The position numbers and the translations under genes were made by a program. A model generated the notes under the pieces. It saw nothing but the letters and a program-made list of their open reading frames with translations, made no database searches and had not been told where the DNA came from. 64,000 bases of DNA from Mobula hypostoma (lineage: Eukaryota), in the NCBI RefSeq assembly GCF_963921235.1, contig NC_086108.1, positions 25,296,001-25,360,000 on the forward strand, read 5' to 3'. This document shows, one piece after another, positions 63,641-64,000 of this stretch (positions are counted from its first letter, which is position 1; the number at the start of each line of letters is the position of its first letter).

Positions 63641-64000
63641 AAGTTTCCTTGAGTATAGTCTCTGGGATGTTAGAATATTTGCTGCACATACTTTTTGAGT
63701 AGCCCTGTGAGCACAGATAGCAGGCTAAAAATGTATAGTTACATATGGATCTGAACTTAAAATGGGAGAGTAATTGCACTAGAATAAATGTAATTGTCCC
63801 CTGCACAAAATCTATCTCAATTAATTTATTAATATGCAAGAGAATCAGCTGGAAAGGTAAAGTTGTCCCTGAATACTGGGAGAGAGAGAAGGGATGGAGA
63901 ACTGACAGGAGAAGGGACAGATGTAGAATGTAAAAAGAAATTTGCAAGAGAAATTAAAAGCAATGCCAAATATTTATGCAATGCATTAGGAAAAGTGAAA

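Noticed and set aside
63641..63947. N-terminal extension of the 257-aa CR1 ORF
   Set aside because: Chance read-through of flanking DNA upstream of the CR1 5' truncation point.

Overview
This is eukaryotic, vertebrate, repeat-dominated DNA, probably intronic or intergenic. The repeat mix (CR1, Rex1/Babar, HE1-like SINEs, Penelope-like elements) suggests a cartilaginous fish, probably a ray; that assignment is inference. I recognise no host protein-coding gene, rRNA, tRNA or CRISPR array. The window is a nested stack of retroelements. (i) A near-full-length CR1 (13.1-24.0 kb, minus) is split by at least six insertions, one of them a decayed Gypsy. (ii) A second decayed Gypsy (25.8-31.4 kb, minus) carries a 13 x 66-bp minisatellite in its integrase tail. 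(iii) An 11-kb block (34.2-45.3 kb) sits inside a single Rex1 3' tail. It holds a Sleeping-Beauty-like Tc1 compound with three right-type ends and no left end, followed by an RT-less Gypsy LTR element. A young Tx1/L1-clade LINE has inserted into that Gypsy in sense and in frame, giving the only long intact ORF (ATG 41029-44235, 1068 aa). Penelope-like inserts form foldback structures, and the youngest keeps an intact minimal hammerhead-ribozyme core. All coordinates were read by eye and family calls rest on recalled motifs; no searches were run.
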